DNA of 63,148 nt, the filler included, from Intoshia linei (lineage: Eukaryota; Animalia; Orthonectida): NCBI GenBank assembly GCA_001642005.1. It is 6 parts of 6 records of this genome, joined end to end, with 100 filler letters (N's around TTAATTAATTAA, not from the genome) between each part and the next. Parts side by side here need not be neighbours in the genome. Positions count along the whole stretch, not along the records: positions 37,254 to 54,093 come from LWCA01000836.1; positions 54,194 to 55,762 come from LWCA01002568.1; positions 55,863 to 61,110 come from LWCA01001806.1; positions 61,211 to 63,148 come from LWCA01002453.1; 2 more parts are not named here. The stretch is one strand, 5' to 3'. The position numbers were made by a program, and so were the translations under genes. Positions within the stretch are counted from its first letter, which is position 1. Each line of letters begins with the position of its first letter. Shown here in pieces: positions 51,060-63,148 of this stretch. Under the pieces are notes generated by a model. The model made no database searches. It worked only from the letters and a program-made list of their open reading frames with translations, and was not told the origin of the DNA.

Positions 51060-51850
51060 TTTGATGAACAGGGGTCGTGAGTTAAAAAGTGTGAGAAGCC
51101 CTGATTTAAACGACATAGCCGATATATTATCATGTCCTGAATTTATTAACGCTATTGTACAAAATGCTGACGTATTTAATTGGAAACATGGCCAACCTAA
51201 AAATACAGATTGTATCGAAGCCGTAAAAATATAACAAATATATCGAACAAGAAATTGCTAAAAATCAAATAAATATTATAGATATGAAAAGAAATTAAAA
51301 GCTGAAAATAGACTCCTCCATTATTCAAGACCCAACAAATTACCACCAGTCATAGCCATGTCAGACAGATTAAATATTATCAATCTAACTTTCATTGTCA
51401 CGCCGGCGTAACTAAAATTTACAATCTTATTCGATATTTATTTTTCTAGTCTTATATGTACAAGTCAAATGGCAGGTCGATATATTGAGACCATTTCTTA
51501 TTTCAATTAACGGATATCAATATATAATTAACATGGTGGATCATTATACGGGTTGGCCAGAATTCGTGCCATTAACAGATATAACCGCTGAATCTGTGTC
51601 AAGAGCTATATATAAAATTATTATTGTAAGATTCGGTCCGCCAAAACAAATACAGACCGACCAAAGTAAACAATTTGAAGCAATATTAACTAAACTACTA
51701 TGCAAACATTTTGGAGTATCAAGTAGATTAACTCAAAGAAAAGCTTATAGACGCCAGAAAATCGGTACTGTGGAACGGCTGAACAGAACCTTGTGCGAAA
51801 AACTAAAAACCAGATATCAATAAGATTTTGAGAACTGGGATAAAGACATT
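51060..51850 (+). pseudogene. Ty3/Gypsy LTR-retrotransposon integrase remnant
   Basis: FHCHAG, then NGYQYIINMVDHYTGWPEFVPLTDITAESV...RFGPPKQIQTDQSKQFE...GTVERLNRTL; stops and frameshifts present. Confidence 0.88.
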
Positions 51851-51869
51851 ATCATATATTAATCAATTA

Positions 51870-52686
51870 AAATTTTTCAAATATTTCGATTAAAATTAAA
51901 AATGTAAATATTAATCCTAGAATTTCAAAAAAAATGTGGATTGTACGTCTACAAGTTGCCAATAAAAACATGGGTGAAAATCTATATAATTCATTGCTTC
52001 GCAATTTTTAAATTTAATTTTCATTTTCCAAACATTTTGAACACATCTAAATAAAACTACGGCAACAAATTTATAAAAGTTTTGATACTAACTTAATTTA
52101 ACTTAAAACATGTTATTGTTTTACTTATTGTTTGAAAATGCCAAAAAGAAAAGTAACATTTTATATTACAATCCTTTGCAATAATGGTAAAATTCGACTG
52201 AAATATTTATAAAGTGGAGATTCAATTAATTATTAATACACAATCAATATTTTTAAGTATTTATTAAATTGGTACTAAATATATATCATCACATTGAAAA
52301 TGACAAAATATGTTTTTATAATTTTATTTTTTCTGAAATTTATGCTATTTATGACAATTTTTAGGATTAAACTGTTTTTACTTTATTTTTAATATTATAC
52401 ATACATTCTGTCTAATAAATTAAAAAAATTGGATAATAATTGTTTTTGAAATACTTAACGCAAATGTTAACAAAACAAAATTAAGATGGAATGAATTATT
52501 ATTTACTTTAAAGTAAAAAGTAATGTGATATGACGACGAAACCACTCCTTTAAAGGATTGATAATAGTTAATAGTACGATTTTTAAGTTAAATTTTCAAC
52601 GTGAATTTATTTTTTTGGTATAATATAAGAGTGCCTTCAACAGAGCTAGGTGCTGTTTGTACGTAGTACAAAACTGCCAAGATAGT
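51870..52686 (+). mobile_element. Helitron copy, 5'-truncated
   Basis: Matches ~34510-35480 without the insert; ends with hairpin TTTGTACGTAGTACAAA and gATAG|T. Confidence 0.85.
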
Positions 52687-53669
52687 TAAATATAAACATG
52701 ATAATATCTGTTTTTCTCGTATTTCAACATGTGAAAATTTGAACTATGATGATAATGAGGTAATTCTAAATGATCCGAAAGATCTAGACTCTATTGTTCA
52801 TTATAATAAGGATGTTTTAAAACGTTATAATACTTCCAGCACTGCTAAATTGGTCATACATTCAAAGATATCCAGCAAAGAATTTATGCTAATTTTTGAA
52901 CAAGGAATAATAAAAATGATGACAGAACTATGGGATGCCTCTAGGAGTGATATATTTGAATGGCAAATTTATTGCGACAAATATGTTATCATTATATATT
53001 ATATTTATAAAATAAAGCTTTTAAATTATTGCGTATGTCTTAGAGTTTCGACGAATTTTGAAATTACTACACTATTTTATTTTTATTTTCTCATTGTTTT
53101 AACATACAGGCATTTATAATTAACTTATTTTATGAATTAGTCATGTCTAGTCTATATATCATATTTTTTGAAAGTTACTAATAATAGCTAAAAGTTACTA
53201 AAATCGTAAAATTATGTCTCGGAAAAAACTGTAATTGAAATAAACGATAACACATTTACAGACAGACAAACAAAGCATATTATATAAGTAAGGATTACCT
53301 TCATTATCCACATCTTGTGAATCAAGTTGAATCGTTATTAACAATATGATAATATATAAAATATTCATGAAAAATTGAATTTAATGTAAGCTGTAACTTG
53401 TAATATGTAAAATGAATATAATAAGATTTACAATATATATGTTATATTATTTACTTGTTGTTACTTAATTGCAATGTTGATATTATATTTACATTAAATA
53501 TTAATTAAATAATTACGTAACTTATTTAAACAGGAAGTGTTACCACATCAATATGATTATATTAATCGTCTGCTTATATAATGTGATCATTAGATTAGAC
53601 TAAAATAAGCACTTTTGAAATGATAAAACCAGTATAAAAATAATAAAATTTATCATGCACATTTTTATT

Positions 53670-54093
53670 CTATCAAAAAAATTCACGTTGAAAATCTAAC
53701 TTAGAAATTTTACTATTCACTATTATCAATTCTTTAAAACACTGGTTTTCAAACTTGTTTCAGATAGAACCATCATATCACATTACTTTTTAGTTTAAAG
53801 TGAATTATATATCTTAATTTTTTTTGTTAACATTTAAAAACAATTGTTATCGCATTTTTCTAATTTATTAGACAGTTATTATTATTATGGGAGTATAATA
53901 TTAAAAATAAAGAAAAAACAGTCCAATCCTAAAAATGGTCATAAATAGCATAATATCCAGTAAAAATAAAATTATAAAAACTAATTTTGTCATTTTCAAT
54001 GTGATAATATATATTATGTACCAATTTGATAAATACTTGAAAATACCAATTATGTATTTATAATTAACGGAATAAGTACTTTATAAACATATG
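53670..54093 (-). repeat. Helitron family fragment (a short 5'-end piece also lies at ~53220-53294)
   Basis: Reverse complement of the family 3' body (aaattcacgttgaaaatctaactt..). Confidence 0.8.
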
Positions 54094-54340
54094 NNNNNNN
54101 NNNNNNNNNNNNNNNNNNNNNNNNNNNNNNNNNNNNNTTAATTAATTAANNNNNNNNNNNNNNNNNNNNNNNNNNNNNNNNNNNNNNNNNNNNTATAAAA
54201 ATTCCAATTTAAATACATTATATGCGTTTGGCCCCTAATAATTATTTTGCACTCTGGCTGAAAATCCTAGATTCGCCATTGAGTCACAGTCGACACCCTA
54301 ATAAAAGAAAAATTAATTTTTTCCCTTTTTTAAATATTTA

Positions 54341-55204
54341 TTAGAAATTTACATAACTATAATATTCCGAACAACAAAAGAGAGAAATTGGATAGAATAC
54401 ATTGAGTTTAATGATAGAAGTATTTCCATATTCAATGAAATGTTCTATAGCCATATTGTGATATTTTCCAGGCTGTAAGCAAAAATTGGTTAAATTAGGG
54501 CACTTTTTACTAAATTTAAATATATTTTATATAAATAACTATACGTTAAAATGTCTCCCCTTTCAAAAAAACAAATAATCGGGGAAAAGATGAAGAGTTT
54601 AATTGCAAAAACAATGTGGTGTTCTTAATTTTCTTAAGCTGTACTGTAACTTAATAGTTAATGGTTAAAATTTTTATTCTTAATTGGAATGTCAAGTTTT
54701 AATTTACAATCAGGCGAAAAAAAATAATAATAAACTCAGCTAGAGTGGAACTCGTCTACAATGGAAATTATTATGGAAAAAATTTGATTATAAAATTATT
54801 TCCTATATTGACTTCAATGTAAATACAAATTTTATTTTATTTTATTGTAAAATTTTTACAGTGGATTTTTCAACTGGTTTTAGACTTTAAGCTATAATTG
54901 TGGTGACCCTAGTTGCAATGATATTGTACGATGTAAAATTACATTATATTTTTAAAATGATTATCAATATCATTTTTATTTTTCATGGCGTATTTAATGT
55001 TGGAGCTTTCCCACATGACAGAAATAGTTTGTAATTTTGGACAATTATGTGAAATTCTTGTGATGATTTTGTCAATATAAACATTTTTTTTTATATCATA
55101 AAACATGGTTTTATCTATTCCAAATTGTAACAATCTAAATAAAGCTTTATAAAATGGGATCTTAATTTTTTTGGGTGAGGTAGTGTCTACTAGCAATGCA
55201 TATC
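54341..55204 (-). CDS. Leucine-rich-repeat (F-box/LRR-like) protein, C-terminal exons ~54945-55204 and 54341-54509; upstream part unclear or disrupted
   Basis: IDKIITRISHNCPKLQTISVMWE and KKCPNLTNFCLQPGKY: cysteine-containing LRR signatures CPKL / CPNL. Confidence 0.45.
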
Positions 55205-55489
55205 CTTACTTATATAATTATAATTTAAAATTCACCTAACGTTTTTCATGTGTAACCATTTAATTAGAAAATTGTCAGTCCCAGAAATTTACAGAAATCA
55301 ACTTCTAAGAAAATTTTTTTCGAGTGGAGTAACTAATATGTAATGAGTGACCATAAATATTCACGAAATGTATCAATATTAATATAATCAATATAATTGA
55401 CATTGTCATTACATGTCAGAGAACGATAATAAGAACAAGACTGGCAAGAATTTAAACTTCGTATTATTAATTATTAATATAATAAGTAA

Positions 55490-55762
55490 TAGCACCTAGC
55501 TCTGCCGAGGGCACTCTTTCATTATACCAAAAAAATAAATTCACGTTGAAAATCTAACTTAAAAATTCTACTATTAACTATTATCAATCCTTTAAAGGAG
55601 TGGTTCCCAAACTTAATTCAGGTGGAATCATGATATCATATTACTTTTTACTTTAAAGTGATTTCCATTTTAATTGTTTGTTTGTTAACATTTGCGTAAA
55701 CAATTTTAAAAAACAATTATTATCCCATTTTTTTAATTTATTAGACAAAATGTGTGTATAAT
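55490..55762 (-). repeat. Helitron family 3' fragment
   Basis: AGCACCTAGCTCTGCCGAGGGCACT plus the family body in reverse. Confidence 0.8.
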
Positions 55763-55862
55763 NNNNNNNNNNNNNNNNNNNNNNNNNNNNNNNNNNNNNN
55801 NNNNNNTTAATTAATTAANNNNNNNNNNNNNNNNNNNNNNNNNNNNNNNNNNNNNNNNNNNN

Positions 55863-56181
55863 AATATCCATAAAGATGTTATTGAAAAGTTAGTATTGTC
55901 AATGAAGGATAGATGCTTTGAAGTTGTGGTCAATAAAGGAGAAAAGACACATTAAATTGTAAATACATTATTTTAATTTGAGGTGTTCTATGTTTATTGT
56001 GCGGCTAATTAGCGATTTGTGTGATAACTTTTCATATAAAGGTGGCAGAAGAAAAATAATGGTATCAATAAGTGTACTTTTTAATTCCTTTTTTAATAGA
56101 GATGAAATATTCATGAAAATTAATGTTAATAGACCAAAAAATAATATAAATCGGGGTGTCCTATGTTTATTGCGCGCACTG
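55863..56181 (+). mobile_element. 3' end of a Tc1-like transposon
   Basis: EKLVLSMKDRCFEVVVNKGEKTH*; IR/DR repeats GTGT(T/C)CTATGTTTATTG at ~55983 and ~56156, ending CACTG|TA. Confidence 0.85.
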
Positions 56182-57086
56182 TATATCTTAATCTACGAAA
56201 AAATATGTCATAAGTATTACAATTACTATCGCACGACAAAAATTGAATTTGGACCACAATTTCCAATTACAATATAATAAGTATTATTATCATTTCAGTT
56301 ATAAATTTTACCATTAAACTTGCAAATAATTAAATTTGGATATTGAATATTAATTTTGGAATTAGGCCAATACTCGTGAAAGCTATAAAATTACCTTTTA
56401 ATATTTCCTTGTACTTTGTCTTAGTAAAAATACAAGTTTTTCTTTCTTCAGAAAAGTAAACATGTATAATATCGGCATAAATAAATAAGGGGAGTTGTTG
56501 GCGAACTTAATAATTACTAGGCAATTTTGTGGAATTGGTTACATTGTTTGTGCTTTACAGATAAAATTATCTAATGTAAATAAAAATTGTATTCAAAAAT
56601 GGGTTATATCAGCAGCTAATAACCACGTAAATATTTTTCAAATAACATGTTTCAAAGTCTAATTAACTGTGCGCTAGTTTAACACACATCAAACACATTT
56701 GTTAGTATTGTATTGCATTACGTTGTTTTTGTTTTTATTCTTATTAAAGATTTAAATTTTAAATTAAAATAGGACTGTCAAACTTTTTGACTCGAGGTCA
56801 TGTACGAGAGAAATTTAAAGGTAAAATCCATAGATAGGATAATATAAATATTACTGTATTTACGTCATATTTGTATAATATACATAAAATAATAATGGAC
56901 CAATTTTAACCAAAGGAATAAAAAAACGGGCAAGATTTGGGTCTCGAGCCGCAAAGTGCTGACTGGTTTAAAATATTTTAAACTACCTTTTTACGTTTAC
57001 AAGTAATAATTTATTTAAATATTTACAATTTATTATTTGCACACATTTCGTCAAGTGTTCAATAAATTTTTCTTACACGTGTAAGA

Positions 57087-57923
57087 TGTATGAGCAATGT
57101 TTTGTTATTTTTTTAGTCTCTGTCATTCCATTAGTCTTTGGGAAACTAGAATTGGTTTCGAATCCGGAAAAGTATAAAAATTGTAGTATGTTTAATTTCA
57201 TTTCATGCTTTAATCTTAATGTATTAATGTGGTTTGACTCGTATTCACAGTGTGATGATGAGATTGTGCTTAATTTAATGTAATGATTTAAATGCAGATA
57301 CCTTCATCAATGGACAGGTTCAATATTGTGGAATAATTGAACTATCATTTCAAAAACTTTATGGACTTATTCCTGGTCCCAAAGTGGTATAGTCATTACT
57401 CATTTTGGTTGAGTTTTAAATGTACATTTTCTATTAGCATCATCAATTATATCCAGTTAATAATCGTGAATATTATAAGGCTCATTGGTCATCAAGTGTA
57501 CCTAAAATATTAAAATCTGTTAATTTGGAAATGACTTTTACTAGAAAAATTCGTAACAATACCGTCAATATGAATGATATTACACTACGATACAATACAT
57601 TTAATGATGATAACATAATTTCAAAATCATTTGGAATTTATAACATCTTTCAAAAGCAAAATAGATGCGATGTTTACAAGTGCAATGTAACTGAATCGTA
57701 TCAGACGATACCAGTATCTGATGGAGTATGTTTTACATTATTATTATTTACTACATTATTTCGGATTATTTAATGTTATTATTTAGTATTAGTACCTGTA
57801 TAATATACCTATTAGTATTTTATTATATATTATATTAGAGTTATTGGTATCATTATCAAATGTCACTTATAATAAAAACAAGAAAAATATGGATTCCACA
57901 CGATAAATGCGAATATTATCAAG
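57087..57923 (+). CDS. Unknown secreted protein, multi-exon (~57087-57186, 57298-57386, 57438-57726, 57840-57923, possibly further exons near 59450-59650)
   Basis: Signal peptide MYEQCFVIFLVSVIPLVFG; successive open frames bounded by GT-AG; no family recognised. Confidence 0.55.
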
Positions 57924-57941
57924 GTAATTCTTAGTAAAGAT

Positions 57942-58260
57942 TCCTTACTTATATAAAATTATTACGTCTGTTACCATTTATTTAATAAAGTAATAGTCGC
58001 ATGGTTTTAAGAATACCAATTTCTAATACAATTCTTCGATGGTGAGGTTCTATCGGAAATGTCATTTTGAGAAATTGAGTCCTTCAATGTCAAAAATCCC
58101 AATTATCCTTTTTTTTAAAAATCAAACGAATCCTAGAATTTTTAAAAACATACACTCTGATATAGATTTTAACATTATTGTAAATTTTAATTTCAAAATC
58201 TTATATCTTTATGGCCGAAACCCAAAATTATCCTTTTTTTTAAATGAAAAAAGTCCTAAA
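57942..58260 (+). repeat. Diverged Helitron 5' fragment
   Basis: TCCTTACTTATATAA start and a degenerate family body. Confidence 0.65.
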
Positions 58261-58335
58261 ATGTTATAGTTACAACTAACTAACTAATTTACAATTTAAT
58301 ATAAGTATGTGTTTTTATGTTATTATTAGTATAAG

Positions 58336-59392
58336 TATGTGTTGTTAAACCGGTTTACCGAAATAAAATATTCCAAAAACCAGTTTTTCGGTAAATTTTT
58401 TGATAAACACAAAAATTAATTGATATTTTAAAACAAGTATAATTATTTGTTGCCAATAAATAATTAAGTAACCAATAAATAAGCCAGTAAGAATGATTTT
58501 ATTTTTTTGGATAGTCAACGAGTAATAACTTAAATGTTAAAAAAATTAATTCTAGATTAACTTCTTCTGTTCTCTTGAATCTATAAAATCGTATCCTACA
58601 ACAGTAAACTAAATTTTTTAATGAAACATCAAATTTGGAAAATAATACATGTCAATAATAATACATACATATTTGGATTTTTTTTGATTGTATGAAGATG
58701 AAATTATCTCTTATGCTCAAAAATGTAATAATGATTTATTTGGCGCTGCAGTAGATGAAATTTTCAGAGAAAATTCTATTACATCATTTGAAACAGAAAC
58801 ACAATCCATCAAGAAATAATGCGTGCCACTAAGTGCAAACTAATTATCATAGTTAATTATATTTATAAAGAATCCAAAGATCGACTATATAAAGCCTTCA
58901 TCAATACATGTGAAAAGATTTTTCTGTATCTAAATATTTTACTTTTTCACTAAGAAATCGACTCCATCCTGAAATGCTTGATGCACTGGTTTTTTTAAAA
59001 ATGAATGACAATAATGATAATTTTTTTAATTTTTTTTATACGTTTAGTTCACTACTCATTTTTCGAATATTTCACAACAGTTTCATTTCCATTTAACTCC
59101 AATTTTTTTATTATTTGTGATATCAATTTAATGGATAATTAAGAACCAGTAAATTGGTGAAATATTATAAAATTAAATAGTCCCCTATGTTTCCGAGATT
59201 GTAAAGTATATTTACTAATCCTGCCATGGATTCCCTGGTTTAAAATTTTTTAATGTCGCTATAAAATTAAATTGGGTTAGCATTAACATTCAATATTGCA
59301 ATAAAACTGGTTTACCGGTTTGTCGAACTTACTGTATACGGGTATAACTGAAAAAATTGGTTTTTAAATTTTGGATAAATTTGAAAACACTA
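58336..59392. mobile_element. Decayed hAT (Ac/hobo-like) element
   Basis: Clusters of AACCG/CGGTT subterminal motifs at both ends, terminus AAAACACTA, and broken coding-like interior on the minus strand. Confidence 0.45.
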
Positions 59393-59929
59393 TTATGTCC
59401 GTGTATTTTTTCAATTATTATACATAATAATTAATTCATAATTGTATTTCAATCAATCTTTACATGGAGACCCTATCAAATTCTGCAGAATCTTATATTT
59501 GTAAAACTGATAATTATCTTTCTACATTATAATTATATTATAATTATACAATAAAAATAATAATTTATTTTTTTATGTGTTACATAAACTGTTATAATAT
59601 AAAAAATTTATAAATTCATATTAATTTAGATAGAAAATGTCAAAACTTGGTAAGTAATTTTAATTACATTATTATTATTATTATTACAGTGATATCTTGC
59701 TTTACTTACGTTCAATTACTTCAGTTTTAGTTTATAAACCACAAGTTTAGTTAAGGACAAAAATAGCTTTTTCAATCAGATATGTAATTTTGGCTTTAAA
59801 TTTACATCTAGATAGAGATATCACAACATATTCCCAACATTTTTTATGCTAGGCCCAATTCAAAAAATGACCTAACGGTAATTTTTTTTCAATTGACGAT
59901 ATCACTGAGCCTGATGATTCTCACACATT

Positions 59930-60925
59930 TCCTTAATATCCTTATATAATATGCTACTCAATATTTGTTTGTATGTATGTTACCGTTTATTTCAATAACT
60001 ACAATTCTTAAATTTTATAAATTCCACATTTCAATTACAGTTTTTTCCAAGGGTGCTAGCAAAATAAATTTTAACCTCCCAAACTTACATCTTACGGGTC
60101 AAAAACCCCAATTGTCCTTTTTTTTGAAAATCAAACAATTTCGAAAATGTAAAAAAATATATTATTTGATACGGATTATAAAATCATAAATATTATCATA
60201 AATTTAAATTTAAAAAAAATATATCGTCAGGGCCCAAACCCTAAATTACCCTTTTTTTAAATAAAAACAGCTCTAAAATTAAAACAAATTTGCAGGTGGT
60301 ACAGTTGTATCCTGTTAACACACACCAAAAATTTCAATCTGAAGAAGTGATGCCTTTACGGTCAAAAAAGTATTTTAGTTTTTATAAATTTGTATTCCAA
60401 AAATATGAAATAATTAACGGTCCGAAAATTAAAAAAAAAAAAAGATTATTCTGAAAGAGAGTATTCCAGTTAATATATTTACAAAAGTTCAACCCGAGAA
60501 ATCTACGCATTCCCGATGAAAAATAATTTTTAATATAATCAACCAATATTTTTCAAATATTTCGAATTAAAATAAAAATTGAAAATGTAAATATTGATCC
60601 TACAATTTCAAATAAAATGTGAATTGAACGTCTACACATTTCCAATAAAGCAATATGGGTGAAAATCTATATAATTCAGTCTGTCGGAATTTTTGTAACA
60701 AAACAAAATTAAGATGGAATAATTCACATTAAAGTAAAAATTAATGTGATATGACGGTTCTACCTCAAGCAAATTTGGGAAACACTCCTTTAAAGGGTTG
60801 ATAATAAAAAAATGGTAGGATTGTTAAGTTAGATTTTTAACATAAATTTATTTTTTTGTTAGAATAAAAATGTGCCCTCGGTAGACCAAGGTGTTGTTTG
60901 TACTTAGTACATAGCAGTCAATTTA
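59930..60925 (+). mobile_element. Near full-length ~1 kb non-autonomous Helitron copy
   Basis: TCCTTATATAATATGC start, family body, degenerate 3' hairpin TTTGTACTTAGTACATAG. Confidence 0.82.
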
Positions 60926-62957
60926 ATATTGTATAAAGTCAGCGATACAATTTAATCAGACTGTATTATGTATCATTTAAGTGATTTTTTTACATATATA
61001 AAATTGGATGTCTGAGTGTGTTCCTTTTAATTAATTAATTAAAAAATTAAAAGTCCTATAATTAAAAACTACAATTTCGAATACAGTTTTTCGAGGCATG
61101 TATTATCGCANNNNNNNNNNNNNNNNNNNNNNNNNNNNNNNNNNNNNNNNNNNNTTAATTAATTAANNNNNNNNNNNNNNNNNNNNNNNNNNNNNNNNNN
61201 NNNNNNNNNNCAATTATAAAAATATGTATATTGTTAGAATCACAAAAATTAGCTGATTATTTTAATGATTAATCATTAATCATTAATTTATTCTAATTTT
61301 AATATTTAATTCTTTTTGCAATGTTGGATAGTGTTTTATACATATATAGTATCGGAGATATCAAAGATTTAGTTTTGTAATTTACACAAACAGACAGAAA
61401 AAAATCACCTCATTTTTATACATTGTACATTAATTATATATGATTTAAAAACTAATATACATAATTAAACATAATATTAGTAAAATGTGTACTATATATT
61501 TATGTTAATATTTAAAACATTAATATTAGTAGTAATATCATTGATTCTTCTAGACATGCCATTTATCAATTCTTTCGATAATTCATATTATATTATCATT
61601 ATAATATTGTAGTATAATCAAAATTTTTATGATTATGATAATTATTATGGTAATAATATGTAATAAATAAATAATGAAAAATACGCACTATAATAGTAAA
61701 TTAACAGTTTATAAATGTATTTATACATTTATGTTATAACTTAATTATTTACATTCTAAATGATACATAATAGATACATACATACATATATTAGAAATAA
61801 TTTATTACTATAATGTCGAATAGGCATGATTAAGTTGACATTAATAAAATTTAATTTAAAAATTAATAAAATATATAAATTTACAGTTAAGTTAATATTA
61901 ATTATAAAACTTACTTGCTAAAATTTCAACTATTATAATAATATACATATGTAGTTATAATGATATTTATTTATATTCCTTTAATTTATGATTATCATAC
62001 TGTATTACATTATTGTATTATTATAATATTTACAATTTAGTGTAAATAAATTATTTTTTTGGAATTGAAAAAGTTCTATAGTGTCAAAAACACAATTACC
62101 TTTTTTTTTTAAATATAAAACTAACCCTAGAATTTAAAAAAAAGTTATCTTTAGGACGCGTTTTGAAATCATTAATATTGTCGTAAATTTTAACTTCATA
62201 AATGTATATCTTCATACTCAAACCACAAATAAACCTTTTTTAAGAAAGAAAAAATAAAGTCATAGAATTTTATAAAACATACAATCTCGGTAGTTTTTAA
62301 AGTCATGAAAATTATCATAAATTATAACATCAAACACTTTCCGTTTTACCATCTAAACCCCAAATTGCTCTATTTTTAAATTTTTTCTTAAATATATTTT
62401 TTATATTCATAGGTCAATATTCTGTTTACTGATGGTCAAAAAGGTGAAATATCTATATTTATATTGGTGTGTTATTCATTATCTGATCTATCATATAGTA
62501 TCTATTTATTCAAATTCATGTACGTAATATTAAAAAACGAAATTGTTACTGTTTTCTATATCGTATATTTTGGCCAAGGGAAAAATATAACAATATAAAT
62601 TTAGTATACAAAATATGAATCTGATTCAGAAAGACTAGTTATTTTTTTACCTTTTAAGATGCCGTGTACCGAAATTAAATGTTAAATTATAATTAATTGA
62701 AATTATTTTCTATTTATTATTATTTGCTATTGATAGCAATCTCTAAAATTAAATATTTGTAGCATGTTGATCATGAAAATGTCAGCTAAGACTTAGCCTA
62801 AGTAATGATGAAGGTTTCAATCAGATCATTGAAAATATGATCATTTTGTTGTATAGTTTTATATAAGAATATTAAAAAATACGCACTATAATAATTTAAA
62901 AATAAATTATATACGTATATAATAGGTCTAAATGTCAAATGTATATATAATTATATT

Positions 62958-63148
62958 AAAAAATACGAGCTATAATAATGTATAAACAGTTTATAATTAT
63001 ATAATAGAAAATAAACGTACACGTACAATGTAGATTGTATATATAATAATAATAATAAAAAATACACTCTATAGCTGTATAAACAGTTTATAATTATATA
63101 ATAGACAATAAACGTACATGTACAATGTAGATTGTATATATAATAATA
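62958..63148. repeat. ~97-bp tandem repeat, two units, reaching the window edge
   Basis: TGTATAAACAGTTTATAATTATATAATAGA.AATAAACGTACA.GTACAATGTAGATTGTATATATAATAATA at 62979 and 63076. Confidence 0.8.

Noticed and set aside
61211-62950. Very AT-rich terminal contig
   Set aside because: No coding, RNA-gene or clear terminal-repeat signal that I can support.

Overview
AT-rich, intron-containing animal genomic DNA from a draft scaffold with five N gaps padded by a TTAATTAATTAA spacer. Many ~35-50 bp introns, low GC and spiralian-type gene families suggest a compact invertebrate such as the orthonectid Intoshia; this is inference only. Genes reconstructed by hand across introns: gamma-tubulin (-, first exon missing), a divergent class C GPCR-like Venus-flytrap protein (-), an NCKX/SLC24 exchanger (+), a Smad2/3-like gene (+, 3' part missing), shugoshin (+), a C2H2 zinc-finger factor (+), a SUEL-lectin/CUB-like membrane protein (-), an LRR-like fragment (-) and an unknown secreted protein (+). 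The rest is dense in mobile DNA: a non-autonomous Helitron family (>10 pieces), hAT MITEs with 8-bp TSDs, and Tc3-like DD34E, DD37E (TRT), Tigger/pogo, Buster-type hAT and Gypsy integrase remnants. I found no CRISPR, rRNA or tRNA and no clearly new multi-gene system. The best leads are a Smad lacking its DNA-contacting hairpin residues, an NCKX with a natural E-to-Q change at the alpha-1 acidic site, a Venus-flytrap gene with no visible 7TM, an N-terminal module on the zinc-finger protein that I cannot name, and nested Helitron/hAT structures with filled and empty sites. Coordinates were counted by eye and may be off by a few bases.
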